This document shows positions 32,573 through 44,179 of a DNA stretch of 64,000 bases, in pieces. The position numbers and the translations under genes are program-made. The notes under the pieces were generated by a model, which was given only the letters and a program-made list of their open reading frames with translations, was not told the DNA's origin and did no database searches. Source of the stretch: Nitrospirota bacterium (lineage in GTDB: Bacteria > Nitrospirota > Nitrospiria > Nitrospirales > NS-4); the NCBI GenBank assembly GCA_963788195.1, contig CAWBGA010000013.1, positions 352,001 to 416,000 of the forward strand. Direction: 5' to 3'. Position 1 is the first letter of the stretch. Every line of letters starts with the position of its first letter.

Positions 32573-32881
32573 CTACCTGGTGAAGGCGATCGCCGCGATG
32601 GCTTCCGCTTCCATGAGCGTTCTGATAGCGGACAATCGCTGGTGGCGTTCTCGAACATAGACAAGCAGATCGACGAAGTTCTGCGGGCCGTCAAATTCCA
32701 CTTGATTGACGACGACCGACAACACGCCCCCGGGAGCGCAGTGAAAGAGCCGCAGATCGGAGGGCCCGATGGGGCCTACGATGTTTTGATGATAGGAAGC
32801 CGACCCGCCCCGTCGCAGAGAGGCCTTGCGGCCAGTCTCGCTCAAACAATAGGTGATGATACCTAGCTGTGGCGCACTCAT
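32573..32881 (-). CDS. Hypothetical protein
   Basis: About 100-aa ORF downstream of HU with protein-like composition; no motif recognised. Confidence 0.35.
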   Translation of the reverse strand: MSAPQLGIITYCLSETGRKASLRRGGSASYHQNIVGPIGPSDLRLFHCAPGGVLSVVVNQVEFDGPQNFVDLLVYVRERHQRLSAIRTLMEAEAIAAIAFTR

Positions 32882-32946
32882 TGAATGAGTTCTTACGCTG
32901 CCCGGTGACTGCATGAGCCGGCTGTCGCGTGACCCCGCCGAAGTCT

Positions 32947-32981
32947 AAAAGGCCTTTCGTGGGGTCCTTAACAAAAGGCCT
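32947..32981 (-). terminator. Probable intrinsic terminator after HU gene
   Basis: Minus-strand stem AGGCCTTT...AAAGGCCT followed by a short T run, just after the HU stop. Confidence 0.45.
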
Positions 32982-32988
32982 CGGATGG

Positions 32989-33279
32989 CTATTTTCTTGC
33001 CCCTAGTATGGCATCTTTCGCGGCTTTCGCCACTCTAAACTTCACGACGCGCTTCGCGGGAATCTTGATGGCCTCGCCGGTTTGAGGGTTGCGGCCATTT
33101 CGCGCTTTTCGGTTCACAAGGACAAGTTTGCCGATACCCGGGAGCGTAAAGGAGTTTTTGGCCTCTTTGTGAGCCAGGGCGCTGAGCTCCTCAATAAATT
33201 CTACCGCCGCCTTCTTTGTCATGCCGGCCTTGCCCGCCATGTGATCGGCGATCTGTGACTTGGTCATTGCTTTTCCCAT
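32989..33279 (-). CDS. hup: HU family DNA-binding protein
   Basis: MTKSQI...LPGIGKL...RKARNGRNPQTGEAIKIPAKRVVKFR. Confidence 0.95.
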   Translation of the reverse strand: MGKAMTKSQIADHMAGKAGMTKKAAVEFIEELSALAHKEAKNSFTLPGIGKLVLVNRKARNGRNPQTGEAIKIPAKRVVKFRVAKAAKDAILGARK

Positions 33280-33519
33280 TAGCGCTCCTTTCGGAAGAAA
33301 TTGACCACTTGCCGCTGGGGCACGTTTATGCGCGCAGAAACGAGGGAAAAGTACGGTGATCTGTGACTAAAGTCAAGTGGATCGTTCACGGCGGCTGGCG
33401 GGAAAAATCTACTTAAGCTCTTTGGCGGAGGCACCTTTGAATACAGGCATCATGCAATCTCACTGTGAGATATGGGGTCACGGGAAGAGCTGAGAATCTC
33501 CATGAAGAGTAGAAGAGCT

Positions 33520-34398
33520 TCAGTCCGGCACAAATCGGGTTCGGTCAGGATCGATGCGACACAGGTCCCAGGCGGCTCCAATGCGGGACAATCCGTAGAT
33601 CAGCCATTTGGACGGATCGAAATTATACCAGCGCGCGCCATTGCGGTAATCACGCTGATGCGCATGGTGGAAGTTGTGATACCCCTCGCCAAAAGTCAGT
33701 AAGGACACAACCCAGCTATCCCTGCTCGAATCGTCATTCGTGTGCGGCTGTTTGCCCCAGAGGTGGCAAATGGAATTGATGCAGAAAGTAGAGTTGAGTA
33801 CGAAAAAAGTCCGTCCTACCCCGGCGAGCAAAAAACATCCTAGGCCGCCGACCCATCCGTTGTACACAAACCCGACGATAAATGGTAATACCAGCCCGGA
33901 GACCACGATGGGGATATAATAACGATCTTGCCATAGCACGAGCGAATCTTGCCTCAAGCGCGACGCGTACTTGCCGTCACCATGTTGGTCCTTGAAGAAG
34001 ATCCAACCGCAGTGCGAGTACCAAAAGCCACGCTGCGCGTTGTAGGGATCATCGTGCTGGTCGCAGCACGCGTGATGTCTGATGTGCGCCCGGGCCCACT
34101 TAAGAGCCGAGTTTTCTAACGCCCAGCCCCCCGTGATCAGTAGGGTCGCTTTTACCCACGGCGCGCAGTTAAAACTTCGGTGCGCGATGAGTCGATGATA
34201 CCCGACAGTGATGCCAAGACCCGTGGCGATATAGAGCACACCGAACATTGTCCAGTCCACCCAGGTGTAATCGTGGTAATAAGCAAACATCGGAAGCCCG
34301 ACCAGGGCGCCGAGGGTGATGAGACCAAACAAGGCTATCGTGCCGTAGCTAATAACAGCAGGTTTGTGGGCCGGCGTCTGTGCAGTGATATCAGTCAT
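33520..34398 (-). CDS. Delta-9-type acyl-CoA/acyl-lipid desaturase
   Basis: His boxes HRLIAH, HIRHH, HNFHH; NSICH; GEGYHN. Confidence 0.92.
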   Translation of the reverse strand: MTDITAQTPAHKPAVISYGTIALFGLITLGALVGLPMFAYYHDYTWVDWTMFGVLYIATGLGITVGYHRLIAHRSFNCAPWVKATLLITGGWALENSALKWARAHIRHHACCDQHDDPYNAQRGFWYSHCGWIFFKDQHGDGKYASRLRQDSLVLWQDRYYIPIVVSGLVLPFIVGFVYNGWVGGLGCFLLAGVGRTFFVLNSTFCINSICHLWGKQPHTNDDSSRDSWVVSLLTFGEGYHNFHHAHQRDYRNGARWYNFDPSKWLIYGLSRIGAAWDLCRIDPDRTRFVPD

Positions 34399-34548
34399 GA
34401 GCAGCTCTCCATAGGTTCCGTCCGTCTCTTCGTCGCTCGCTATAACCGCATACGGCAGGGTGACCGAAGCAACCGAAGATCTAAGTAAAACTACACTACC
34501 ACAGATTGACTGCCTAAGACAACTAAAATGAGTAAAGCCGCAGTGGGC

Positions 34549-35598
34549 TCATTTACGATATTCCCTCGCTTTTTGAACATCTTCCAGTCGTTGGGCGAGA
34601 AAGTGATCGCCGGGGCGACGCCGTAACGCCTCTCGGAATTGGTCTTCCGCTTCATCGAACCTGCCTTCCTCAAACAGGACCTGAGCAAGCTTCCCCTGGT
34701 AGCGGTCGAATTTTTGAACTACCTGCCGGAGGGTCTGCTCGGCTTCTTCTTTCCTGCCTAAGCGCCACAAACTCAGCCCGAAGAGAAATTGCGAGAGACC
34801 CGGGATCCCTCGCGTCCCTTCCGGGTCCAATCTCATGCCCACGCGTGATTCCAGTTCGGCGTCCTTCCACTTTCCCAGACCGCCTAACGCTGCTGCCAGC
34901 GCCGCGTGAGCGACCGCGTTTTTCGGGTCCAATCGGACTGCGACCTGTGCTTCGGTCTCGGCAGCGGTATACTTCTCCTGTAATACCAGGGTCAAAGCGA
35001 CCAGCGCCGGCCAGTCGGCTGACGAAGGTTCATAATTTCCAGCGGCGCGAAAGTGGGCTTCTGCTTCCGCGTACTGGAGGCGAGTGAAATAATCATTCCC
35101 GAGGGCGGCGTGATCAAGGGCCTGCTTCGACGAGTTCACCTCGGGTGATGGGGTCGCGGCTTCGGTCAAGACCTCGTGACGTCGGTTTGAACCGGCGTCC
35201 CCTGCGGGGAGCGGTCCCCCTTGCCGTTCTAGAATGTACGCATTAGGTACGGGGTCTCCAAGCATTGTTTGGCCGCCCGACGGGCAGGCAGCGAGGAAGA
35301 CCTTCTCTGCAATCAAATAGCCTTTTGGCAAGGGCGTATCCCGGCAGGCGTTCGCGCGATCAGTGAGGGCTGGGGTAGTGCGCCAGGCATTGTAGTGAGG
35401 ATCATCCAGAGTCGTCGGTCTCGGACAGGATACATTCCAATTGTCGGCATCGTCTTGGGCGAAGATGTACCAGTCGTCCGAAAGAGTGCCACCGATTTTA
35501 CAAATCGGTTTTTCGAGAAACGCCTGCCCGTTTGGGACAGCACCAGGTGCCGATGGTGGCGCCGCACGGACCGGGACGAGAAAAAACCCGGCCACCAT
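34549..35598 (-). CDS. Exported protein with Cys-containing N-terminal repeats and C-terminal TPRs (start uncertain)
   Basis: Hydrophobic leader ending PVRA; two C...CP...NA(W/Y) units; several TPR motifs (AEDQFREALRRRP). Confidence 0.7.
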   Translation of the reverse strand: MVAGFFLVPVRAAPPSAPGAVPNGQAFLEKPICKIGGTLSDDWYIFAQDDADNWNVSCPRPTTLDDPHYNAWRTTPALTDRANACRDTPLPKGYLIAEKVFLAACPSGGQTMLGDPVPNAYILERQGGPLPAGDAGSNRRHEVLTEAATPSPEVNSSKQALDHAALGNDYFTRLQYAEAEAHFRAAGNYEPSSADWPALVALTLVLQEKYTAAETEAQVAVRLDPKNAVAHAALAAALGGLGKWKDAELESRVGMRLDPEGTRGIPGLSQFLFGLSLWRLGRKEEAEQTLRQVVQKFDRYQGKLAQVLFEEGRFDEAEDQFREALRRRPGDHFLAQRLEDVQKAREYRK

Positions 35599-35967
35599 TG
35601 CGAATGTGAAGACAGACGGCAGGGAGATTTTCAGACAGAACGCCTTTTTCGGAAAACACCGCGGAGGTCACGCCCGACAAGCCATAGCCCGGCGACGATT
35701 CCCGTTACACAAAGAAATACTGCAGCAAGTGTTGTCATCTCCGCCTCGGAAAGCTGATTCGGAGTGATCATACAGAGCGCCCGCACAGTAATCCGTTCTT
35801 CAGAAGGGTCACTTGATTTACCCTAGGGGTGACTAGGTGCCACGGGGCAAGGCGCTGTATCCGACCTGGCTGGATTAGGTCATTCTAATGTCCTCTTAAT
35901 CCATTTCTCATCTGAAGCTGTCATAAGATGGCGAATGATCGCATTCTCTCCTTCACAAAGAGGCGCG

Positions 35968-36156
35968 ATGGAGGTCTTATTGAGATCAAGGTGTCGTCAT
36001 GAACTTGCGTCAGCCATACTCTGTTCGGAGTGTCATGGTGCCGGATATATTGAACGCTGGCTGCCCGTGGATCTTATCAATGCCCTTCCTAAAGGAAATT
36101 GGATCATCGTCGCCCGTCGGCCAAGGCACCTTGCGCTCCTTGACCGCGATGCATGA
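35968..36156 (+). CDS. Small hypothetical protein with CxxCxGxG motif
   Basis: CRH...CSECHGAGY; AGAGG upstream of ATG 35968. Confidence 0.45.
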   Translation: MEVLLRSRCRHELASAILCSECHGAGYIERWLPVDLINALPKGNWIIVARRPRHLALLDRDA

Positions 36157-36206
36157 GTGTAAAAAGCTTCAGTTGAATAGCTGCGCTGTCGCGGGTTTGA
36201 GTATTT

Positions 36207-37376
36207 CTAGACCGGCTGAGCCGCAGGAAGCGAAAAATAAAATGTCGAACCCTTACCGACTTCCGAATCGAGCCAGATGCGGCCGCAGTGAGCTTCAACG
36301 ATCCTCTTGCACAATGCGAGTCCCACGCCCGATCCTTCGTACTCTGTCTGGCTATGCAATCGCTGAAACAGGACAAAGATCCGATTCCAATCGATCTGCT
36401 CAATGCCGATGCCGTCATCCTGAACGGAGAACACCCACTCGTCCCGGCCGTCCATGGGTCTTGGCGGCCGCTGGGCGGAGACATGGATGCGGGATCCCTG
36501 CCCGCGCCTGAACTTGATCGCATTTCCCACGAGATTTTGAAATACGCGCGCCAACTCCCCTTCGTCGCCTGGCACGGTTGGCAAGGGATCGTGGGTAATC
36601 AGCGCCTCGGAGTCCCGAATGCCGGATCCAAGCCGGGCTATGGCCTCTGCCAAGACTTTCTCACAGTCAACGATCTGGGACTCTCGCTTGCCTCCGACCC
36701 GTGAATAGGCCAGAACATCTGAAATCAATCGTTCCATGCGGTCAACGCCATGTACCGAAAAGTCAACAAAATCGTTTGCGTCCATGTCGGGCCGGTCTTT
36801 ATAGCGATTCGCCAGCAGCTTGACATAGTCTGAGATCATCCGAAGCGGCTCTTTGAGTTCGTGCGTGGCGAGATAGGCGAAGCGCTCAAGATCGGTGTTC
36901 GAACGGGCCAGCTCTCGGGCGCGTTCGGCGAGCTCTTGCTTTGCGCGCTCTAGTTCCTCGTTCTGCCGAATCAATGCCACGGTCTTGTTTGCCAGCTCTA
37001 CGAAGACATCCACCTTGGATCGAAGGATTTCCGGCGGAAATGGTTTGAAAAGATAATCCACCGCGCCATGCGAGTAGCCTTTCGCGACGTGGTGTACTTC
37101 TTTGTTGTTGCTGGTGAGAAAAATAATCGGAATCTGCCGCGTCTTCTTCCGCTCTCGGATCAACGACGCCGTTTCGTATCCGTCCAGCCCGGCCATTTTG
37201 ACATCCAATAGAACCACCGCGTAGTCCCCTTGGAGAAGTTGGCGCAAGGCCTCTTCGCCGGATGCAGCGGTCACGACTTGACGATCGGGGCTTTCGAGCA
37301 AGGCCGCCATAGCGCGCAAACTGTCCGGATGATCGTCGACGACGAGAACTCGAACCTGATCAAGATCTGGATTCAT
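36207..37376 (-). CDS. Receiver + histidine kinase hybrid
   Basis: VLVVDD, LLDVKMAGLDG, FAYLATHELKEPL, NLVGNAIKF, GSGVGL. Confidence 0.93.
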   Translation of the reverse strand: MNPDLDQVRVLVVDDHPDSLRAMAALLESPDRQVVTAASGEEALRQLLQGDYAVVLLDVKMAGLDGYETASLIRERKKTRQIPIIFLTSNNKEVHHVAKGYSHGAVDYLFKPFPPEILRSKVDVFVELANKTVALIRQNEELERAKQELAERARELARSNTDLERFAYLATHELKEPLRMISDYVKLLANRYKDRPDMDANDFVDFSVHGVDRMERLISDVLAYSRVGGKRESQIVDCEKVLAEAIARLGSGIRDSEALITHDPLPTVPGDEGELARVFQNLVGNAIKFRRGQGSRIHVSAQRPPRPMDGRDEWVFSVQDDGIGIEQIDWNRIFVLFQRLHSQTEYEGSGVGLALCKRIVEAHCGRIWLDSEVGKGSTFYFSLPAAQPV

Positions 37377-37568
37377 TAGAGGGGATAGTCGTGAAGGCTA
37401 TTAGGCCCGAGTATAACGAATTATCGCTAAGTGTGACCCTCCTCTTTCGTATGGTGTCTCGCGGATCCCTCTTTTGCGGGGGTTTCTCTTGAAATTGAGA
37501 CTTCTTATCGTACACGCGGGAATTTTTGCAGTTATTCTGAACACCCGGCCATCTTTGCGAGGCAATCC

Positions 37569-40500
37569 ATGAGTGAAGCAGCCACAGCGTTATGTGATCA
37601 GCAAGAACTTCTCGAGACACTAAAGGCCTTTAAAGAAGGCGATTTTACGGTTCGCATGAAAATGCGAGGCGGAGGTGTGGCCCGAGAAATTGCCGGAACC
37701 CTCAATGGCCTGATCGATCTAAACCAGAGCCTCACGAAAGACCTTCAACGGCTGAGCAAGGTTGTCGGCAAAGAAGGCAAAGTCATGGAGCGGGCATCCA
37801 TCGGAGACGTGTCGGGTTCGTGGGCGACCTGTGTGGATTCTGTTAACTCTCTCATCGGCGACCTCGTAAAGCCGACTGCCGAGGTCACACGCGTCATCGG
37901 TGCGGTGGCAAAGGGCGATCTCTCTCAAGCGGTGCCTCTGGAGACCGATGGCCGACTGGTCAAAGGGGAGTTTCTGCGAACGGCGAAAATCGTCAACGTG
38001 ATGGTGGATCAGCTCAATTCCTTCGCGTCAGAGGTGACACGTGTCGCGCGCGAGGTCGGCACGGAAGGCAAACTCGGCGGCCAGGCCGAAGTCAAAGGCG
38101 TGGCCGGGACCTGGAAGGATTTGACCGATAACGTGAACGGCATGGCGAGCAACCTGACGAACCAGGTGCGCAACATCGCGCAGGTGACCACCGCTGTGGC
38201 AAATGGAGACCTCTCGAAGAAGATCACGGTTGAAGCACGCGGCGAAATTCTGGAGTTAAAGAATACGATCAACGTGATGGTGGATCAGTTGAACTCCTTT
38301 GCCTCGGAGGTGACGCGCGTCGCGCGCGAGGTCGGCACGGAAGGCAAGCTCGGCGGCCAGGCGGACGTCAAGGGCGTCGGCGGTACCTGGAAAGACCTCA
38401 CCGACAACGTCAATCTGATGGCCAGCAACCTGACGAACCAGGTGCGGAACATCGCGCAGGTGACGACGGCGGTGGCGAACGGCGACCTGTCGAAGAAGAT
38501 CACGGTGGAGGTCCGGGGCGAAATTCTGGAGCTGAAGAACACGATCAACGTCATGGTCGACCAGTTGAACTCCTTTGCCTCGGAGGTGACGCGCGTCGCG
38601 CGGGAAGTCGGCACCGAAGGCAAGCTCGGCGCCCAGGCGCAAGTCAAAGGTGTGGCCGGCACCTGGAAGGACCTGACCGACAGCGTGAACTACATGGCGA
38701 GCAACCTCACGAGCCAGGTCCGGAACATTGCGCAAGTGGCGACCGCGGTGGCCACCGGCGATCTTTCTCGAAAGATTACCGTAGACGTGCGCGGCGAAAT
38801 TCTTGAGTTGAAGAATACCATTAACACCATGGTGGATCAGTTGAACTCGTTCGCGTCCGAGGTGATTCGGGTGGCCCGCGATGTCGGCACCGAGGGCAAG
38901 CTGGGCGGCCAAGCGGATGTGAAGGGCGTCGCCGGCACCTGGAAAGATCTGACCGATAACGTCAACTGGATGGCGAACAATCTCACGAACCAGGTGCGGA
39001 ACATCGCGCAGGTGACGACCGCGGTGGCGAATGGGGACCTGTCGAAGAAGATCACCGTGGAGGTCCGGGGCGAAATCCTGGAACTGAAGAACACGATCAA
39101 TGTGATGGTCGACCAGTTGAACTCCTTTGCCTCGGAGGTGACGCGCGTGGCGCGCGAGGTCGGCACGGAAGGCAAGCTTGGCGGCCAGGCCGACGTGAGA
39201 GGCGTGGCCGGGACATGGAAGGATCTCACGGACAACGTCAATCTGATGGCCAGCAACTTGACCAACCAGGTGCGCAACATTGCCCAGGTGACGACAGCGC
39301 TCGCGTATGGGGATCTGTCCAAGAAGATCACCGTGGAAGCGCTGGGCGAGATTTTCGAACTCAAGAACACGATCAATACCACCGTCGATCTCCTCAACTC
39401 GTTCGCTTCGGAGGTGACCCGCGTGGCCCGCGAGGTGGGCACCGAAGGCAAGCTCGGCGGACAGGCGCAGGTGAAGGGCGTCGGCGGTACCTGGAAGGAC
39501 CTGACCGACAGCGTGAACTATATGGCGAGCAATCTCACGAGCCAGGTGCGGAACATCGCGCAGGTGACGACGGCAGTGGCGAACGGTGACCTGTCCAAGA
39601 AGATTACGGTGGACGTGCGCGGTGAAATCCTGGAATTGAAGAACACGGTCAATGTGATGGTGGACCAGCTCAACTCGTTCGCGTCGGAGGTGATCCAGGT
39701 CGCCCGCGATGTCGGCACGGAAGGCAAGCTCGGCGGTCAGGCGCAGGTCAAGGGCGTGGCGGGGACCTGGAAGGATCTGACGGACAATGTGAATCTTATG
39801 GCCAGTAACCTCACCAACCAGGTGCGCAACATCGCGCAGGTGACGACGGCAGTGGCGAATGGCGACCTGTCCAAGAAGATCACGGTGGAAGTCCGGGGCG
39901 AAATTCTGGAGCTGAAGAACACCGTCAATGTCATGGTCGACCAGCTGAACTCGTTCGCATCGGAGGTAACCCGCGTTGCGCGCGAAGTGGGCACCGAAGG
40001 GAAACTCGGGGGTCAGGCCGAGGTGAAGGGAGTCGCCGGAATCTGGAAAGACCTGACCGACAATGTGAACTCAATGGCGAGCAATCTGACCAGCCAGGTG
40101 CGTGGGATCGCCAAGGTCGTGACCGCTGTGGCGAGCGGCGATCTTAAGCGGAAGCTCACGGTGGAGACGAAGGGCGAGATCTCGGCGTTGGCCGATACGA
40201 TCAACGAGATGATTGACACGCTCGCGACTTTTGCGGATCAGGTGACGACCGTGGCTCGCGAGGTAGGCACCGAAGGCAAACTCGGCGGGTCAGGCCAGGG
40301 TGCCGGGGGCGGCGGGCGTCTGGAAGGACCTCACCGACAATGTCAACCAGCTCGCGGCGAATCTCACCAACCAAGTGCGCGCGATTGCCGAAGTGGCCAC
40401 GGCGGTGACGAAAGGGGATCTCACCCGGTCCATTGCGGTCGAGGCCTTAGGAGAGGTGGCCGCGCTCAAGGACAACATCAATGAGATGATCCGCAATCTC

Positions 40501-43349
40501 AAGGACACGACGCAGAAGAACACAGAGCAGGACTGGCTGAAGACCAACCTCGCGCAGTTTACCGGCCGGCTGCAAGGGCAAAAGAACCTGACGACGGTGG
40601 CGAATCTGATTCTGTCCGAACTGACGCCGCTCGTCAATGCGCAACATGGTGTGTTCTACATCAATGATTCGAGTGAGAGCGATCCGATCATGAAACTGCT
40701 CGGCAGCTATGCCTACCGCGAGCGTAAAGGTGTGGCGGTCGCAATTCCGTTCGGGGGAGGGTCTGGTCGGGCAATGCGCGCTCGAAAAAGAGCGCATCGT
40801 CGTCACCAACGTCCCACAGGACTATATCCAGATTAACTCGGGTCTCGGCGAGAGCAACGCCTTACAATATCGTGGTGCTGCCGGTGCTATTTGAAGGGGA
40901 GGTCAAGGCGGTCATCGAGCTGGCATCGTTCAACCGCTACAGCGACATCCATCTGACCTTCCTGGACCAGCTCAAGGAGAGCATCGGCATCGTGCTCAAT
41001 ACGATCGCCGCGAACATGCGGACCGAAGACCTGCTCAAGCAGTCGCAGTCGCTGACCGGCGAACTGCAGGCGCAGCAACACGAGCTGAAGAGCACGAACG
41101 AACGGTTGGAGCGCCAGGCAGAATCCCTGCGCAAATCCGAGGAGCTCTTGCGCACCCAACAGGAAGAGCTGCGGCAAAAGAACGAGCAGCTTGAGGAAAA
41201 GGCAGATCTCCTGAGCGAGCAGAACGTCCAAGTCGAGTCGAAGAACCGCGAGGTGGAAGAGGCCCGGCGCGCCCTGGAGGACAAAGCCGAGCAGTTGGCG
41301 CTATCCTCCAAATACAAATCTGAATTCCTCGCCAACATGTCACACGAACTGCGGACCCCATTGAACAGCCTCTTGATTCTTTCAAAGCTTTTGGCGGAGA
41401 ACCGGGAATCGACGCTCACGCCGAAACAGGTCGAGTTCGCCCAGACGATCTATGCCTCCGGGAGCGATCTGCTGGCGTTGATCAACGATATACTTGATCT
41501 GGCCAAGATTGAGTCCGGGATGATGGGGGTGTCGGTCAGCCCCGCGGGCTTTGCGGACCTGTCGGAGTACGTGGATCGAAGCTTCCGTCAGATGGCCCAG
41601 GACAAAGGCCTTGAATTCGTCATTGAGCGCATTCCCGGGCTGCCGTCGGCGATTCAAACGGATTCGATGCGGCTCCAGCAGGTGCTCAAAAATCTGCTGT
41701 CCAACGCGATCAAATTCACCGAGCGAGGCTCTGTCCGGTTGCGCATTGAGAAGGTCCTGTCGGGGTGGAACCGCGAGCATGCCGTTCTGAACCAAGCCGA
41801 TTGCGTGCTGGCATTCTCAGTGATTGATACCGGCATCGGGATTGCCGCCGACAAGCAGAGGATCATTTTCGAGGCCTTCCAGCAGGCGGACGGCACCACG
41901 AGCCGCAAGTACGGCGGTACCGGCCTGGGTCTCTCCATTAGCCGCGAGATCGCGCGCCTGCTCGGCGGCGAAATCAAGGTCGAGAGCACGCCGGGCAAAG
42001 GCAGCAGATTCACCTTCTATCTGCCGCGCCTCTATACCGCGCCGGTGCAAATCATGCGGACGGGGTCGGGGCTCGTCGAACCGCAGGCCTTAGGCCCGGT
42101 GGAGATGGAGTCGTATGAGTTGCCGGTGGTGAGGACCGTGGAGGTACCGGACGACCGGAACGCCATCCAACCGGAAGACCGAGTGCTGCTGATCTTAGAG
42201 GACGATCTCCCGTTTGTGGAGATTCTGCTGGATTTAGCGCACGAAAAAGGTTTCAAGGGATTGGTTGCGACATCCGGCGAGGCCGGACTCGGCCTGGCCC
42301 GGCGGTTCAAGCCGTCGGCGATCACGCTCGATCTGCAATTGCCGGACAACGACGGCTGGACCGTGCTCGACCGGCTGAAGCATGATCCCACCACCCGGCA
42401 TATCCCGGTTCACATCATCTCCGTCGAGGAGGCGCGCCAGCGCGGACTGAAACAGGGAGCGTTCGGTTATCTCAGCAAGCCGGTCACGCGCGAATGGCTG
42501 GCGAAGGCCTTTGATGACATGGTGGCGTTCCTCGAGCGCCCGGCGAAACACCTCCTGGTGGTGGAAGACGACGAGGCGCAACGTCAAAGCATCGTTGAGT
42601 TGATCGGAAGCAGCGATGTGCAGATCACTGCGGTCGGCACGGGGCAAGAGGCGTTGGCTGCTTTGGGCAAGGGCAGCTGTGACTGTTTGGTCCTCGACTT
42701 GCGCCTGCCCGATATGCCGGGTCTTGCGCTGATCGAAAAGATCCACCAGGAACTCGGTCAGCGGGATTTGCCGATCATCGTCTACACCGGCAAGGAACTC
42801 ACCAAGCAGGAACAGCATGCACTGACCAGATTAACCGAGGCCGTGATCATCAAGGATGTGAGGTCTCCCGAGCGGCTGTTGGACGAGACGTCACTGTTCC
42901 TGCATCGGGCGCCCGCCAACCTGCCGTCGAACCAGCAGCAGATGCTGGAGCAAGTGCGCCAGGCGGACTCTACGCTGTCCGGGAAGAAGGCCCTGATCAT
43001 CGACGATGACATCCGCAACATTTTTGCGCTGACCAGCATCCTGGAACTGCACAACATGCAGGTTTTCTACGCGGAGAACGGGCAAGACGGGATCGCGAAG
43101 CTGCGGGATACTCCTGATGTCGACGTGGTTCTCATGGATGTGATGATGCCCGACATGGACGGCTACGAAACAATGCGCATCATTCGCAAGAGTGGGGAGT
43201 TCGGCTCCCTTCCCATTATCGCGATCACGGCCAAGGCGATGAAAGTGGATCGGGCGAAATGCATTGAAGCCGGAGCCTCCGATTATATTTCCAAGCCGGT
43301 TGACACGGAGCAATTGGTGTCGTTGTTGCGTGTCTGGCTCTATCGATGA
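37569..43349 (+). CDS. Poly-HAMP, GAF, hybrid histidine kinase with three receivers (about 1925 aa); split by +1 frameshifts near 40288, 40737 and 40856
   Basis: Nine ~92-aa repeats containing [12 protein letters not shown]...WKDLTD, then [31 protein letters not shown] and three REC domains. Removing one duplicated base at each junction joins the four ORFs. Confidence 0.9.
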
Positions 43350-44179
43350 CGCGGGCTGTAAATGATGCGCTCATCGAGGAAACCGAATTCCGTCTTTTGC
43401 TCGAGGGCGTGTTGAACTGCTACGGCTACGATTTCCGTGAGTATGACATGGCGCCGTTGAAGCGCCGTATCTGGGAGCAGGTGCACGCAGAGGGCGCCCA
43501 GACGCTATCCGGTTATCAGGAGAAGATCCTCCACGAGCCGGCATGCCTGGAGCAGTTGCTGCTCGCTCTTCGAGCGGAAGAAACCACCCTCTTTCACGAC
43601 GCGGAGTTTTGGCAGACGTTTCGAGCCATCGTTGTTCCCATGCTTAGGACCTTTCCTTCGATTCAGATCTGGGTACCCGGATGTGCAGGCGGGGAAGACG
43701 TGTTCTCCCTGGCGATCATTCTGAAGGAGGAAGGCCTTCAGCATCGGGCGCGCATTTATGCAACGGACTTGAGCGAGGCGGTCCTGACAAAAGCGAGGGC
43801 AGGGATCTTCCCCCTGAGCCGGATCGTCGACGATGCCGAACGCTATCTGCAAGCGGGAGGAAGCCGGGTGTTCTCCGAATACTATCGGATCGAACGGGAT
43901 TACGCACTGGTCGACGACTCTGTCATGGAGTCGATCGTTTTTGCGGAGCACAACCTCGGGACAGACGGACCGTTCAACCTGTTTCAAGCCATTCTCTGCC
44001 GGCGGGGTTTGGGCGCGTTCAATGAATGGCTCCAAGAGCGAGTCCATGCTCTATTTATGGAGAGCCTCAGCCGATCCGGTGTACTGGCGCTGGGGATCGA
44101 CGGGTTGCCGAAGTTGCCCTTGACACAGCGGTACGAGCGGCTGCCCGTTGTCCCGAACTTGTATCGGAAGGTGAAATAA
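43346..44179 (+). CDS. cheR: CheR-type SAM-dependent methyltransferase
   Basis: YGYDFREY, IWVPGCAGGED, IYATDLS, FAEHNL; ATGA overlap with the kinase. Confidence 0.85.
   Translation: MTRAVNDALIEETEFRLLLEGVLNCYGYDFREYDMAPLKRRIWEQVHAEGAQTLSGYQEKILHEPACLEQLLLALRAEETTLFHDAEFWQTFRAIVVPMLRTFPSIQIWVPGCAGGEDVFSLAIILKEEGLQHRARIYATDLSEAVLTKARAGIFPLSRIVDDAERYLQAGGSRVFSEYYRIERDYALVDDSVMESIVFAEHNLGTDGPFNLFQAILCRRGLGAFNEWLQERVHALFMESLSRSGVLALGIDGLPKLPLTQRYERLPVVPNLYRKVK

Noticed and set aside
37990..40470. 276-bp DNA tandem repeat as a mobile or non-coding array
   Set aside because: It is the in-frame poly-HAMP coding repeat, with mostly synonymous variation.
40280..40870. Programmed ribosomal frameshifting in the HAMP kinase
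   Set aside because: Three successive +1 shifts without slippery heptamers; simple duplicated-base errors explain them.
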